This document shows, piece after piece, positions 36,601 to 47,495 of a stretch of DNA of 53,303 nt (position 1 is its first letter; each line of letters opens with the position of its first letter). The stretch is from a virus (Duplodnaviria > Caudoviricetes). A model generated the notes under the pieces. The model was not told where the DNA came from, ran no database searches, and saw only the letters and a program-made list of their open reading frames with translations. The stretch lies in IMG/VR virus record IMGVR_UViG_3300014656_000004, positions 1 through 53,303 of that record; one strand, 5' to 3'. Position numbers and translations under genes: made by a program.

Positions 36601-37955
36601 TATCGTAATCCTCCAATTCCAACTTGTTTTTCATAAAGAGGAAAAATCTGTTCATTGTACCATTGTATAGGTTCAAGGTCATATTTGCTCATACCTTCAG
36701 TAATCTGCATAGGCTCATAAGGTTCCATTGGGGCTGACATTTCCTCTAAAACAATATCCACTCCTTTGTCCCCCCCTGCCGCTCTCGCACGAGAAACACG
36801 ATTCCCAGGAGAACTATTTCTAATGGTTCTTAAAGCATACGAAACCCGTTTACCAACTGTCTCTGTTTCAGAACCTTTTATCTTCGTATCGCTATGTTCC
36901 AACTTAGTAAGATTCCTTTTAAGCTGGGAAATCCTGATATGAGTATCCCCCAAGAAATCAGATTCCCGACTTTTACTATCCACAGACTGCTTCTTGTCAG
37001 CAATAACCTCAAGCATTGCATCCATTACTCCCAGAGTCTCATTAATATCTTCAGTCTGGATAGTTCCCTCTATAATCTGTTCTTTGATTCTATGGATATT
37101 CTCTGTGGTTAAATCCTCCACTGATATTTTTCCCTGTCGCCGAGTAATCTGATCCTGAAGAACCCCCATCGGATTAATAACTCCTTCTTCTTCGACTTTT
37201 TTCTTCTCTTTATAAAATCTATGCCCAATGGCCGCAGGAGACACAAAACCCAATGTGCTTACACCAACTTCCTTCCCCCCCGTATATACCTCCCAAGCAG
37301 ACCGAGGAATGATGCCATCCATTCTTTTATCATTCTCAATGCTCATTTTCACATTTTCCTTCGCCGAATCATACTTATCCTTATCCCTATCGAATTGGTC
37401 GGCTTGATTGAACATTGTTGTTTTCATTCTTTCTTCGTTTTCACTACTTTTTTTCATTCCTTTAATAAGGGAAACAATCACATTCGTATCTCGAATCTGT
37501 GCCTTCTCCCCTAATACAGCATTGAACTTGTCCCAAGCCAACTGTTTCTCTGCTATTTCTTTCTTAGCGGCATGGTCTTGTTCAAACATCGCCTTTTGCA
37601 TTGCTCTCGAAAGCTCTGATTCTTTGGCTTGAAATTCCATATTGATTTTAGCCATAACCTCAGTAAACTCTCTATCCTCCCGTCTTGCCTTTTCATTCTC
37701 CGCAGCACGTTTATCGGCCATTTCCATTTCGGCAGCTTGCCTTCTTCGCTCCAAAACTGCTTGTGCTCCCATTTGCACCCCTGATTGCATAGCCGCTGTT
37801 CTTCCCTGCTGGGTCGCTCGTTGGGCCGCTCCTTTTTCTTGCATAGCCGCCAGTAACCTATTTTCCTGCTGTTGCTTGCTTTGTTGCATAGACTGTTGAA
37901 CGTACGGGTCTAATTGACCCCCCGTCTGTATAGGAGCATCTTTTCCTCTTGGCAT
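36600..37955 (-). CDS. Putative internal virion protein, coiled coil
   Basis: Gln/Ala/Glu-rich N-terminus; operon position. Confidence 0.55.
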   Translation of the reverse strand: MPRGKDAPIQTGGQLDPYVQQSMQQSKQQQENRLLAAMQEKGAAQRATQQGRTAAMQSGVQMGAQAVLERRRQAAEMEMADKRAAENEKARREDREFTEVMAKINMEFQAKESELSRAMQKAMFEQDHAAKKEIAEKQLAWDKFNAVLGEKAQIRDTNVIVSLIKGMKKSSENEERMKTTMFNQADQFDRDKDKYDSAKENVKMSIENDKRMDGIIPRSAWEVYTGGKEVGVSTLGFVSPAAIGHRFYKEKKKVEEEGVINPMGVLQDQITRRQGKISVEDLTTENIHRIKEQIIEGTIQTEDINETLGVMDAMLEVIADKKQSVDSKSRESDFLGDTHIRISQLKRNLTKLEHSDTKIKGSETETVGKRVSYALRTIRNSSPGNRVSRARAAGGDKGVDIVLEEMSAPMEPYEPMQITEGMSKYDLEPIQWYNEQIFPLYEKQVGIGGLR

Positions 37956-37989
37956 AATTAAATCCTAAAATAAAAAAATCTATCATTAA

Positions 37990-39246
37990 TCAAAAAAGGT
38001 CACCAATAGCACCACCAACACCTGCCCCAACTCCTCCGAAAAGACTCCCCACTCCCATACCAGCTAATTGTCCCCAATCAATTCCACCTCCGCCTTCTGC
38101 TGCTTTTGCTACTCGTGCCGCTTGCTGTCCAGTTACTTGTGTAGAATATAAATCAAATAGCATAGTTATAAGTGGAGTGGCATCCATTGTGAAGGTAGGA
38201 GTCTCAATTATCCAATTAGCAAGATTTTCCATTCCTGCCGACTTTAATTGCTCAACACCTACTTCAAATTGAGCCACTTGTAAATCATAAGCGTTCTGTG
38301 CGTCCGCCTTATACTTCAACATATCCACATGCTGTTGTTCCTGAAATCCCAAATACATATTGGATTTAGTATAGGCATCACTAACGGTGCTAAGATAAGT
38401 CTCCCCTTGTTTCTCCTGCAACTGCTGATATGCTGCATGTATATTACTCTGGACAGTCCCCAGAGCATTCATTTTGCTCGCCTGAAACTGTTGATATTCT
38501 TTACTTCCCGTCCCATAAGTTTCCAGAATATTCCTTTCCTCCGCCTTCATCGAACCAAGAGTTGCCTGCACCGAAGCCTGCATAGCATGTGCCTTAGAGA
38601 AATCCCGGTCTTTCCCTATTTCAGCATTTATCTCATCAAGTTTGGCCATTACCTCCCCAACTCTGCCTTTGGCCGCCTGCACATATTCATCCGCTTTTTC
38701 TGCCGCAGCCGAAAAAGAATCTCGAACCGAAGTAGCCTGAGTGGTAACTCCTTTCCTTATATTTTCCAACCGCTCCAAATAATCTATTGTAGCTCCCCCC
38801 TGCATCTTCAGAGCAGTTGCGGCCTTTTCTGCACTCTCTTTTTGGGCTTCGGCCTGCTTCCCATATTCAGAAACAGCCATTTCCCCTATCCCCTTATACC
38901 CTCCTGTAAGTGATTCGAGGGTTTTTTCCACTCCAGCCGGAACAGTAGTATCTCCAATATCCCTCGTTTGAGCCGCTGTCCGTTGCAATATATCCCTATA
39001 CTGTTCAGGATTAATTCCTCCTCCAATACTTGCCGCTTCCTGTTTTGCTGCCGCTTGCTCCGCTGTTGCCTTCTGCTCTGCCGCTGTCTTTGCTGCTACT
39101 TCCCGTGCTGCTGCTTCTTGTGCTGCCGCTTGTTCTGTCGCCTTTGTTGACGCTGCTGCTGCTCTCGCTTTCTCAACCCGTTTTCGTAGTACAAGTGGGG
39201 CAGACAATGTTAAGTCATTGACGTATTTCTGGATAACATCAGCCAT
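37990..39246 (-). CDS. Putative DNA pilot/ejection protein
   Basis: Ala/Gln helical body and Gly-rich hydrophobic C-terminus (GMGVGSLFGGVGAGVGGAIG). Confidence 0.6.
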   Translation of the reverse strand: MADVIQKYVNDLTLSAPLVLRKRVEKARAAAASTKATEQAAAQEAAAREVAAKTAAEQKATAEQAAAKQEAASIGGGINPEQYRDILQRTAAQTRDIGDTTVPAGVEKTLESLTGGYKGIGEMAVSEYGKQAEAQKESAEKAATALKMQGGATIDYLERLENIRKGVTTQATSVRDSFSAAAEKADEYVQAAKGRVGEVMAKLDEINAEIGKDRDFSKAHAMQASVQATLGSMKAEERNILETYGTGSKEYQQFQASKMNALGTVQSNIHAAYQQLQEKQGETYLSTVSDAYTKSNMYLGFQEQQHVDMLKYKADAQNAYDLQVAQFEVGVEQLKSAGMENLANWIIETPTFTMDATPLITMLFDLYSTQVTGQQAARVAKAAEGGGGIDWGQLAGMGVGSLFGGVGAGVGGAIGDLF

Positions 39247-39287
39247 TATAAAATTCCTTCAATTTTTATAGACTTTCTTATATTATA

Positions 39288-39315
39288 ATTATAACACATT
39301 ATTTGATTTTGTCAA
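39288..39315 (-). promoter_or_regulatory. Promoter TTGACA-N16-TATAAT for the ejection-protein operon
   Basis: Consensus hexamers. Confidence 0.7.
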
Positions 39316-41963
39316 CAAGTAGCACTCACAGACCTACTTTCCGTAAAACTTGCAGCAAATTCCGTATCCGTAAGCTCAAATTTCACCCCAGACGCAATCT
39401 GCTCTATATACGGTTCTATATCAATCCCTTCCACATTCAAACCCTCCGCAGAATCGGCTGGGTTAGAATCAACCGTTGGATAGGCTACGGTACTTTCAAT
39501 GGAAGTTCCACTATTCCGATAGGCCCCCACACGCCATTTATTGTTCACATTATCACCAAATCCCGACAATTTCCTAACCTTCAAAGCCACCCCAGATGTA
39601 ATCCAACGATTAAATCTGGATACTTCCTCGGCTTGTAATGCCCAAGCCCTCAAAGAAAATGGAACAGGACTAATTGCATAATTATCCCCCGATGTTATAT
39701 CGTTATCGAAATTTGACGTAAATGTGAATACCTTCGTTGAATTATCTATTGTGGCTATTTCCCGGGAATCCCCCGCATTATCCCCACTCGTCATATACAA
39801 CTTAGCCCCCACCATATCCGCATGTAGGGTAGCTCCTGAATCTGTTAGGGTAGAACTGGATGTTGCAGTGGCCGTTCCGTTAAGGGTAAGGGAAGAATCC
39901 AAATCCCACATCGTACCACTACCGGTCTCCAATTTATCCGGGCTGACTATAAGTCCTGTAGCCGTAACGAAAAAGGCTCGGTCATTTTTGCCGGTTGCAA
40001 TATCCGGTCCCGAAGTAGCCCCCACAAAATTAGCTCCGTCAATCATAGAGCATATTTGAGTTGAGTGCCATATAACAAGCATCTCCGCCCGAGTCGGATT
40101 CAGGAAAAAAGAAGCATTCATCAACGAATCATAACAACTCTTAATAGTGGATAATTCCGATTTCCAATCATCAAATATAACTCGGTCGGCAGCCGTTATA
40201 TTTCCCATTCCCCCATCCGAGGCATTAAGAATAACAAGACCAAGCCCAGAAATCATAAACACACTATTCCCGGACGAATGGGCAACTTCTTTCCCCACAA
40301 TTCCCCGTTTCTTGTGCAACCGAGAAAACTGTAAAGGTTTGAGTTTCCCCGACTTGAAAATATGTATCACGGCGTTATACCCGAGTTGAAACAAAGAATC
40401 CCCCGCAGGAATAAATCTCAATGGTCTCCCATCCTCCGGGTCTCCTACTCTTGTATTATAGGTGCTAAAGTACTCCGGCGAATTATGTTCTGGACTACTC
40501 GACAAAGTATCATATCCCCCATTCGTACTCGATGCTTGAGCCATAAAGGTTATTTCACTATACCGTCCAATTGTTCCACTCTGCGGAGGTGCAACTACTA
40601 TATCTTTCTCGGGGTCATACATCGTCTGGAATGGCAAAGCCTCATCAACAAGACCCCCAATATCGGCGGTTAAAGAATCCCAATCATCTGCGGTTGCCCA
40701 ATTCCCCGTTTTGGCGATTGTCTGTTCAAGATAGAATATAGCCCCCATAGTAGCGGTTGTATTACCTAAGTCGATTGTGCGGAATATATCGACCGTATCG
40801 AATAGATTTGCAAATCCGCCACCAGCTTCATTGGAATAATCCTCTCCAGCTACAACAGCATCATTGGCGGGGAAATCAATAGTAACTTTGACCTGTGTTT
40901 CTGGGTCGGCAGTAACGACCCCGCCCCCCGACAAAGTGCTCCCTGATACTGCAATATCATCCGTATTAGGTTCGACTTCCGTCACACTAAGAGTATAGGC
41001 ATTTCCCCCCGTACCTCTTGCGATGGCTTCCAGCAACACACTTGCGGCCTGTGCAGATGCAGTAACCTCCGCAGAACTATCTCCATTGATTGCATCGGCT
41101 AAAGCAGTTGCATGGGCTGAAATTGTGGCAGCAGAAGCGGCGGCAATAGTTACATCCGATCCCGCATCAATATATTCATAAGTTCTCCCGTTGATTGTAA
41201 ACACATCCCCGGCAACTATTAACCCGTCTCCACTTCCTGCGGAGGAAAAACTAATTGTCCCCACCGCCTTGGTTGTCTTGTAGTGGTCTAACCGCACCAC
41301 AAGCGGGGCACTCAAAGCACTATATATACCTCTCGTAGAATCATAAAAACGATAAGCTATTTGATAAGTACCATTCCCCCTCAACTGATAACTTGTATTC
41401 ACTGCGGAGGTATTAAATGTGGGAGCTGTGAGTTCAACATCAAAACCCCCGGGGCCAGAATCCACCACCGTTAATGCTGCCCCATTCCAATATACCGTTT
41501 TCGTGGCTTTGGTATCTACAGCCACAAGTAAATAACCTCCCGATACGGCACAATCCATTTCAAGACTCGAAGTAATCCCATTCCCAGTCGCCCATATAGC
41601 GAGTTTTGCCCAACTGCCCCCATTATCGTCTGTATAAACTAAGTCAATTTGTCTATCTGATGTCCCCAGACTGTCCCATCGTACGACAAATCCACGATAA
41701 ATGGTCGAAGTATTTCTCTTTTGGAAAGTGACATATCGTATAAAATCAGGCCCAGTATAGGCATCAATCCCCCCCATCCCCGATACATCATCTAAATCGA
41801 GAACTTTTTTATTCCCATAGTATTTCCGAAGTCCCCCGAAAAATCTTCCATCTATCCCCGACAATCTCCCAAAAGACCCAGGACGGACTTGATTTGGAGG
41901 TATTGAGGCATCCATCCTTGGTGTACGAAAGCTATATGGAATGTACAAACGATCTTCGGCCAT
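39312..41963 (-). CDS. Tail nozzle / tubular-B-like structural protein (883 aa)
   Basis: Beta-rich; lies between the tail fibre and the ejection genes. Confidence 0.55.
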   Translation of the reverse strand: MAEDRLYIPYSFRTPRMDASIPPNQVRPGSFGRLSGIDGRFFGGLRKYYGNKKVLDLDDVSGMGGIDAYTGPDFIRYVTFQKRNTSTIYRGFVVRWDSLGTSDRQIDLVYTDDNGGSWAKLAIWATGNGITSSLEMDCAVSGGYLLVAVDTKATKTVYWNGAALTVVDSGPGGFDVELTAPTFNTSAVNTSYQLRGNGTYQIAYRFYDSTRGIYSALSAPLVVRLDHYKTTKAVGTISFSSAGSGDGLIVAGDVFTINGRTYEYIDAGSDVTIAAASAATISAHATALADAINGDSSAEVTASAQAASVLLEAIARGTGGNAYTLSVTEVEPNTDDIAVSGSTLSGGGVVTADPETQVKVTIDFPANDAVVAGEDYSNEAGGGFANLFDTVDIFRTIDLGNTTATMGAIFYLEQTIAKTGNWATADDWDSLTADIGGLVDEALPFQTMYDPEKDIVVAPPQSGTIGRYSEITFMAQASSTNGGYDTLSSSPEHNSPEYFSTYNTRVGDPEDGRPLRFIPAGDSLFQLGYNAVIHIFKSGKLKPLQFSRLHKKRGIVGKEVAHSSGNSVFMISGLGLVILNASDGGMGNITAADRVIFDDWKSELSTIKSCYDSLMNASFFLNPTRAEMLVIWHSTQICSMIDGANFVGATSGPDIATGKNDRAFFVTATGLIVSPDKLETGSGTMWDLDSSLTLNGTATATSSSTLTDSGATLHADMVGAKLYMTSGDNAGDSREIATIDNSTKVFTFTSNFDNDITSGDNYAISPVPFSLRAWALQAEEVSRFNRWITSGVALKVRKLSGFGDNVNNKWRVGAYRNSGTSIESTVAYPTVDSNPADSAEGLNVEGIDIEPYIEQIASGVKFELTDTEFAASFTESRSVSATC

Positions 41964-42027
41964 TTTACTTCCCCCATTTACCTAAATAGACTGTTCCTTG
42001 TGGTTGTAATATTGGCATTATATACTC

Positions 42028-45000
42028 CTATGATAATCTATGGGCACAAAAAGATGTTGGTCGTGTTGCTGCTCCTAATAAAGTTCCATTTGCTCCAAAA
42101 TTATGATTAACTTCACCTTCAATAAAATCATTTGCAGCTAAATAAACTAACCCAAAACAAATAGTATTTTGACCATCGGTAGTATTAGTATGTGTTTGTG
42201 AAGATAATACATAGTCTGTACCATTCTTTTTTATGGCGGCTTGAATATATTTATTAGCCACACAAGGAAGAAACCGTGCTGTTAAACCAACCCAATAATA
42301 ACCAGCATTTGTCACTGTAAATCTATGGTTGGTTACATTATCATATTCTCCATCTCCATCAAATACTTCTGAATCACACAACACTTTAGTCCACGTTGTA
42401 GATGCTATAGTTTGACTTGAACTAAGTGAAGCATAAAATCTTGAACTAAAAGCTCCCCCGCCACCTGTTCCTAATTGAACATCAGTACCAACATCATTTG
42501 TAAACCACAATGTATTTGGGGTATCGTTCTTAACCCAAATTTGTCCCTTGGCGGCTATATCCGCTCCAGCGGCGGCAATTTCAGTTAGGTAGAGACCTCC
42601 ACCGGAATTTATCCTTACCCTTTCTAAAGGTGTTGAACTCCCTGCCGGACAGGTATAAATTGACAATCTACCAGGTAAATCTCCTGCACCAGGAGCACCA
42701 TCAACAAAAAATCTAAGCTGGGCACAATCTTCATAAACTCCCACTGTGTATCCATACGCTTCAAATCTGCCAAGCTCATCCCCAGAATTAACAATTACCT
42801 CGGCCCCCAAACTACCCCTTGATTTATAGTATTTAACCGAGGAACCATAAGCACCATCTGAATTATTTATGGTACTAAAATAATGATTAAAATATTGGGC
42901 TATGTTACCGGTAAGAGTTAAACCAGCAAATTCTGGGGAATCTCCTGTTCCCAATCCTATTGAAGTTCTCGCAGTAGCCCCTGATTCCCAAGCCAATGCC
43001 CCAGCCCCAGTACCCACAAGAAATTCACTATCAGCAGCATTTGCCCCCAATGTATTCAAATCATCAAGTACCGCACCAAATGCCTGTACATTAGTACCTA
43101 TTACAAGACTTAATTCCGCAGGTGTAACACTATGAGGATTACCAGCCACTAATTGACTATGCGTATAAGCAGTATCCCAGTTAGTGTTTTCAGTAGTTGA
43201 TACATGCACACTGTTCCCACCAGCAATCTGTGAATGGTCATACGCCGTATCATAATTGGTATGATTGTAAGTAGATTCATGTGTTGTAATTAACGAGGCC
43301 GCTATTCCTAATTGTACATCTGTTCCGGCATCATTGGTAAACCAAAACTCATTAGGTGTTGTGTTCTTAACCCACAACTGTCCTTTACCGGCTATATCTA
43401 CCCCAGCAGCAGTAATTTCAGTTAGATAAACACCCCCGCCAGAGTTTATTCTCATCCTTTCTACCGGAGTTGCCCCATCACTGGGGGATGTATAAAATGA
43501 TATTCTTCCTGGCATAACACCGGAACTTGGAGCAGCGTCAACAAAAAATCTCAACTGAGCCGCATCTAACCAACCAGCACCATCGTGTCCATAAGCCTCG
43601 AATCGCCCTAATTCGTCCCCGTTATTAACAATAACTTCTGCATTATGAGCACCCCTCGATTTAAGTAATTGAAAAGAGTTACCATAAGCACTATCTGTCA
43701 TTACATAAGACCGAACAATCGCTCCCGAATTGGTTATAATATTTAGATGGCTTGAAAGGTCTAAACCCGTAAATGTTGGGCTATCCCCCGTCCCCAATCC
43801 GAGAGTTGTCGCCATAGCCGCCGCAGTTAAATCATCCAATAAAGCCCTGCCTGCGGAGGTTATTGTAGTTTCGGCCCACGTAGCTTCCCCATAAAGTAAA
43901 TCCCCCGCCCCTGTAAATAATTTGTACTCTGTGGTTGCTGCTATTGCATAAGACCCATCTGAATTAAGGTCTGCAACATACCAATGTTTATCTTCCTCAT
44001 CAATTTGAGGTGCTTCAGTCCAAGTGACTCCATAATCCTCGGACATATATAGCTTCCCATCCCATATATGGGCTATTAAATGAGACCCATCCGAATCCGA
44101 TGATACTCCCTGCCAATTTTGGTTCCCATCTCCCGCTGGCTGTCTCTCTGTCCAGCTCACTCCATAGTCTGCTGATGTATATAGTCTCCCACCATATACA
44201 CACGCCACCAAATGAGACCCATCAGAATCAGAGGCTACTCTACTCCAATTTTTAGTTGTAGCTCCTGCTGGTTGTCTTTCCACCCAATTCACACCATAAT
44301 CCGATGAAGTATATAGCTTATATCCATATATTCCCGCTATCAAATGAGACCCATCACTATCAGAAGCCGAGCAATACCAATTTGCAGTTTGGCCTGGATT
44401 GGGCTGCCTCTCAGTCCAATTTACTCCATAATCTGCTGAAGTATATAACCTTCCTCCAGGGGTTTGATGTGCTACCAAATGAGACCCATCAGAATCAGAA
44501 GCCACTCCATACCAAGCCTTATCTGCATCCCCCCCCGGCTGCCTCTCAGTCCAATTTACTCCATAATCTGCTGAAGTATATAACCTGCCATATAGAACCG
44601 CCGCTATTAGATGAGAACCATCTGCATCGGAGGCTACATAAATCCAATTTTTATCGGCGTCTCCTGCCGGTTGGCGTTCAGTCCAGGTAACTCCATAATC
44701 CGCTGATGTATATAATCTACCACCAGAACCATATATTGCTGCTATCAGATGAGAACCATCTGAATCAGAAGCAGCACACCGCCAATATTTAGTCGTAGCC
44801 CCCGCAGGTTGTCTTTCAGTCCAAGTAGCAATCCCAACACCATAATTGGAATCATAGGCACTGGTGTAAATCATTTGGTCCACAGCCGTACCAAGGTTGT
44901 TTATCAAGTCAAGATTATGAGGAAGTGCTACCAAAAAGTTAGAATTCGAGCCTTCATGTAGGATTGTTGTAACACCATCTATCCCTGGAATTCCCTGAAT

Positions 45001-45288
45001 TCCTTGTGGCCCAATTAAACCTTCAAGATTATATGTTATTCCTGCCGCCCCGGGAATGAAACCCCCCGCCAAATCATTGAGTTGTGTACTTTGTCGAGAA
45101 ACCTCCGCAGAATAACCATAATCTCCATAGCGTCTCGCTGTCCCCCCACCGCCCCAGGGGGTAACGATTCCCAATCCATCTATGGCCATGGCATTATCTA
45201 TACCAGGAACGAACATTCCCTGTAGTTGAGGAGTAGGGACAGATACGTTTTCGGCGTTTTCTCCAGAGATGGTAAATACTTCTGCCAC
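42028..45288 (-). CDS. Tail fibre / receptor-binding protein with BNR (Asp-box) propeller repeats, a duplicated domain and a C1q-like tip
   Basis: About six YTSADYGVxWTERQP repeats; short collagen-like GPQGIQGIPG; C-terminal FTVTNAGYYWV. Confidence 0.8.
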   Translation of the reverse strand: MAEVFTISGENAENVSVPTPQLQGMFVPGIDNAMAIDGLGIVTPWGGGGTARRYGDYGYSAEVSRQSTQLNDLAGGFIPGAAGITYNLEGLIGPQGIQGIPGIDGVTTILHEGSNSNFLVALPHNLDLINNLGTAVDQMIYTSAYDSNYGVGIATWTERQPAGATTKYWRCAASDSDGSHLIAAIYGSGGRLYTSADYGVTWTERQPAGDADKNWIYVASDADGSHLIAAVLYGRLYTSADYGVNWTERQPGGDADKAWYGVASDSDGSHLVAHQTPGGRLYTSADYGVNWTERQPNPGQTANWYCSASDSDGSHLIAGIYGYKLYTSSDYGVNWVERQPAGATTKNWSRVASDSDGSHLVACVYGGRLYTSADYGVSWTERQPAGDGNQNWQGVSSDSDGSHLIAHIWDGKLYMSEDYGVTWTEAPQIDEEDKHWYVADLNSDGSYAIAATTEYKLFTGAGDLLYGEATWAETTITSAGRALLDDLTAAAMATTLGLGTGDSPTFTGLDLSSHLNIITNSGAIVRSYVMTDSAYGNSFQLLKSRGAHNAEVIVNNGDELGRFEAYGHDGAGWLDAAQLRFFVDAAPSSGVMPGRISFYTSPSDGATPVERMRINSGGGVYLTEITAAGVDIAGKGQLWVKNTTPNEFWFTNDAGTDVQLGIAASLITTHESTYNHTNYDTAYDHSQIAGGNSVHVSTTENTNWDTAYTHSQLVAGNPHSVTPAELSLVIGTNVQAFGAVLDDLNTLGANAADSEFLVGTGAGALAWESGATARTSIGLGTGDSPEFAGLTLTGNIAQYFNHYFSTINNSDGAYGSSVKYYKSRGSLGAEVIVNSGDELGRFEAYGYTVGVYEDCAQLRFFVDGAPGAGDLPGRLSIYTCPAGSSTPLERVRINSGGGLYLTEIAAAGADIAAKGQIWVKNDTPNTLWFTNDVGTDVQLGTGGGGAFSSRFYASLSSSQTIASTTWTKVLCDSEVFDGDGEYDNVTNHRFTVTNAGYYWVGLTARFLPCVANKYIQAAIKKNGTDYVLSSQTHTNTTDGQNTICFGLVYLAANDFIEGEVNHNFGANGTLLGAATRPTSFCAHRLS

Positions 45289-45291
45289 TAT

Positions 45292-46875
45292 TTACCCCCT
45301 CCAATAACGTCTATTATTCGGGGAATCCGACCGGTCGATAGGAGCTTCCGGCATGTAAGAGTAGTAAGATGTTAGTCGGACATTTCTGATTTCATTCCGG
45401 TATGACTTGAGGATGCTTGCTGCCCTTTTTGCATTTCCTTCTCCAGCCACAATCCGATAGGCAGCATATAGGGCGACAACCGTATCCATACCCTTGCTAA
45501 TACAGGGGGCTATTTCATAATAGATACTTCCATCATCTGTCGTTGGAATTGGAGAAAGAGCAGCATCAAGTGTGGCTGCCTGAGTAGTTTCATCATACGC
45601 AGTTATTACACGTTCTTGCAAATAGTTCCCTGTAATGGAATTACCGTCAACTCCAAGACAACGGAAAATACTACCGGCATAAGCCTCATGGTGAGTATCA
45701 AGAGTTCCCGCATTAGGAGTCGCCCCAAACGTAACAATGGTTCCGGCAGCGTTTAAGGTACAGATTCCATTATGAAGTCTCGCAATTCCTGATGGGATAT
45801 ATTCTATCGTTATTTCTTCCCCTACACCACCTATGGCAGTGGTTTGAATATGCAAGGTTTGATTCTCTAACCAAAGACCTCTGCCAAATGGATTATATTT
45901 GCTTCTGGAATCGTAAAAGATTTTCCCCCCAGATTCATCTGCTTTATAAATTCCATGAATAGACCCAACAGTGTGGGGCAAGGTATAAGCGGTAGTGCCC
46001 GAAGCGATTGTTTTAGTAATCTTGGCAACAGCCGGAGTTCTTGAGTTTCTATTTATCTCGTTGAGAACAAGAATATAGGCTCTTTCAATGTGTTCAATAA
46101 TCCTTGCGGTTGTATATTTTGCTTTTTGGGTCGGCTCATCCGTACTTTCCCGCACATCGGCTATAGCCCTTGTCAGGAAACTATCAGCATAAAAATCACT
46201 CGCCCCTGCCCCCGCACCCAAGAACGTAGCAATATCTTTCGTAAAAGCAACACTCCCAGATGCAGCGGTAAAAGAGGCCGCTGCAAATGAATACCTCGAT
46301 AAAGAACAAAATATGTAATAGGTAGTATATTCCAAATTAAAAATAACCTGCCCGTTTACATCGGTTACTTTTGTACCCGCCACAGAACCAGAACGACTAT
46401 TGGTATTATTAACCCAAACGGAAACCCCCGAAACCGGAGTTCCTCCTGTAGTCCGAATTGTCAATGTAACCTGATAATCCCCAACTCCATTTCTCCCCGC
46501 CCTATTTTCTACACTGAATATTGCAGCACAAAACCGTACAGTTTGCCCGTCAACAGTTACGGCATTTACCATAACCATATAATCACTTCCACGAGCGAAA
46601 AATCCCGCATCCGAATTATCGCTTAAATCTATCGAAATTCCGTGGCATCCGGTAGCCGCATCAATATCAGTCCCATCGGTATCAATAAGGGTATAACCAT
46701 TATCACTTGCCCGTTGGGTCATACTTGCATTCTTGTATATTTCAATATCTGTTACGGCTAATCCGGTTAAAGTAACAGAAGCATTACTGGAATTAAATGT
46801 ATTCCAATAAATATAAACAGTAGAATCTACCAAGTAGTCCCCAAGATACGGAGGAAGTGTAATAGGATTAGGCAT
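45292..46875 (-). CDS. Head-tail adaptor-like protein with N-terminal Ig-like extensions
   Basis: C-terminal TIASGTTAYTLP...ITIEY...VALYAAY pattern; GTPVSGVSVWV...TDVNG Ig-like domain. Confidence 0.55.
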   Translation of the reverse strand: MPNPITLPPYLGDYLVDSTVYIYWNTFNSSNASVTLTGLAVTDIEIYKNASMTQRASDNGYTLIDTDGTDIDAATGCHGISIDLSDNSDAGFFARGSDYMVMVNAVTVDGQTVRFCAAIFSVENRAGRNGVGDYQVTLTIRTTGGTPVSGVSVWVNNTNSRSGSVAGTKVTDVNGQVIFNLEYTTYYIFCSLSRYSFAAASFTAASGSVAFTKDIATFLGAGAGASDFYADSFLTRAIADVRESTDEPTQKAKYTTARIIEHIERAYILVLNEINRNSRTPAVAKITKTIASGTTAYTLPHTVGSIHGIYKADESGGKIFYDSRSKYNPFGRGLWLENQTLHIQTTAIGGVGEEITIEYIPSGIARLHNGICTLNAAGTIVTFGATPNAGTLDTHHEAYAGSIFRCLGVDGNSITGNYLQERVITAYDETTQAATLDAALSPIPTTDDGSIYYEIAPCISKGMDTVVALYAAYRIVAGEGNAKRAASILKSYRNEIRNVRLTSYYSYMPEAPIDRSDSPNNRRYWRG

Positions 46876-46878
46876 AAA

Positions 46879-47058
46879 CTAACTCCTTACTATAAAATAT
46901 ATTGCAATAAGAATAACTACGGGAATAGTTCCTCCGATGACACCCCATATCCCCGACTTTACCTTTAATTGGGCAATATCCACCCGGAGCAGAGCAAACT
47001 GTTCCTGAACTTTGGCAAAGTGGTCATTTATCCATTGTTGTTCCTGTTTAGTCATCAT
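46879..47058 (-). CDS. Small membrane protein, holin/XhlA-like (59 aa)
   Basis: Translated by hand: coiled coil followed by one C-terminal TM helix (GIWGVIGGTIPVVILIAIYFIV). Confidence 0.6.
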   Translation of the reverse strand: MMTKQEQQWINDHFAKVQEQFALLRVDIAQLKVKSGIWGVIGGTIPVVILIAIYFIVRS

Positions 47059-47061
47059 CTG

Positions 47062-47310
47062 CTATTTGATCCTCTTTATCCATTTTGTGGGAATATATAA
47101 TTTCCCCATAATATCATTATCCTTTGTTTTCCCCTTAGTATGACAAACAATCAAAATTCCATCTTTTTCACCAACATAAAAAGCATTAGTATAACAAAAT
47201 CTATCATCGTCCAACTTGAGAGAATCTGTCACAGAACCCCATTGTTCTTCAGTTTGGGCATCTTCCCATTCAACGTAAATCTTATCCCCAAACTTCTTGT
47301 TTATCTTCAT
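47062..47310 (-). CDS. Hypothetical protein (VEWEDA...IP..WI family)
   Basis: Recurrent small phage-protein pattern. Confidence 0.7.
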   Translation of the reverse strand: MKINKKFGDKIYVEWEDAQTEEQWGSVTDSLKLDDDRFCYTNAFYVGEKDGILIVCHTKGKTKDNDIMGKLYIPTKWIKRIK

Positions 47311-47495
47311 TTCCGTTTCCGTCTAATTGCCTTGGCGATTCCCCGAGCAACTCTTTTTTTCTTCTTTGGAATATTTGCCCCAGAACGTCTTGCCACATCA
47401 AGGGCAATAGCAACGGCTTGAGCGTGTGGTTTCCCGTGAGCCTCTTCCGTTTCTATATTATGCCCTATATTCTTTTTACCTTTTAATAATGGCAC
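47307..47495 (-). CDS. Small basic protein (MPLLKGK...QAVAIAL family)
   Basis: Motif typical of small phage proteins. Confidence 0.75.
   Translation of the reverse strand: MPLLKGKKNIGHNIETEEAHGKPHAQAVAIALDVARRSGANIPKKKKRVARGIAKAIRRKRK

Noticed and set aside
42028-45288. Diversity-generating retroelement acting on the tail fibre
   Set aside because: No reverse transcriptase, and the repeats are in-frame coding duplicates rather than an adenine-specific TR/VR pair
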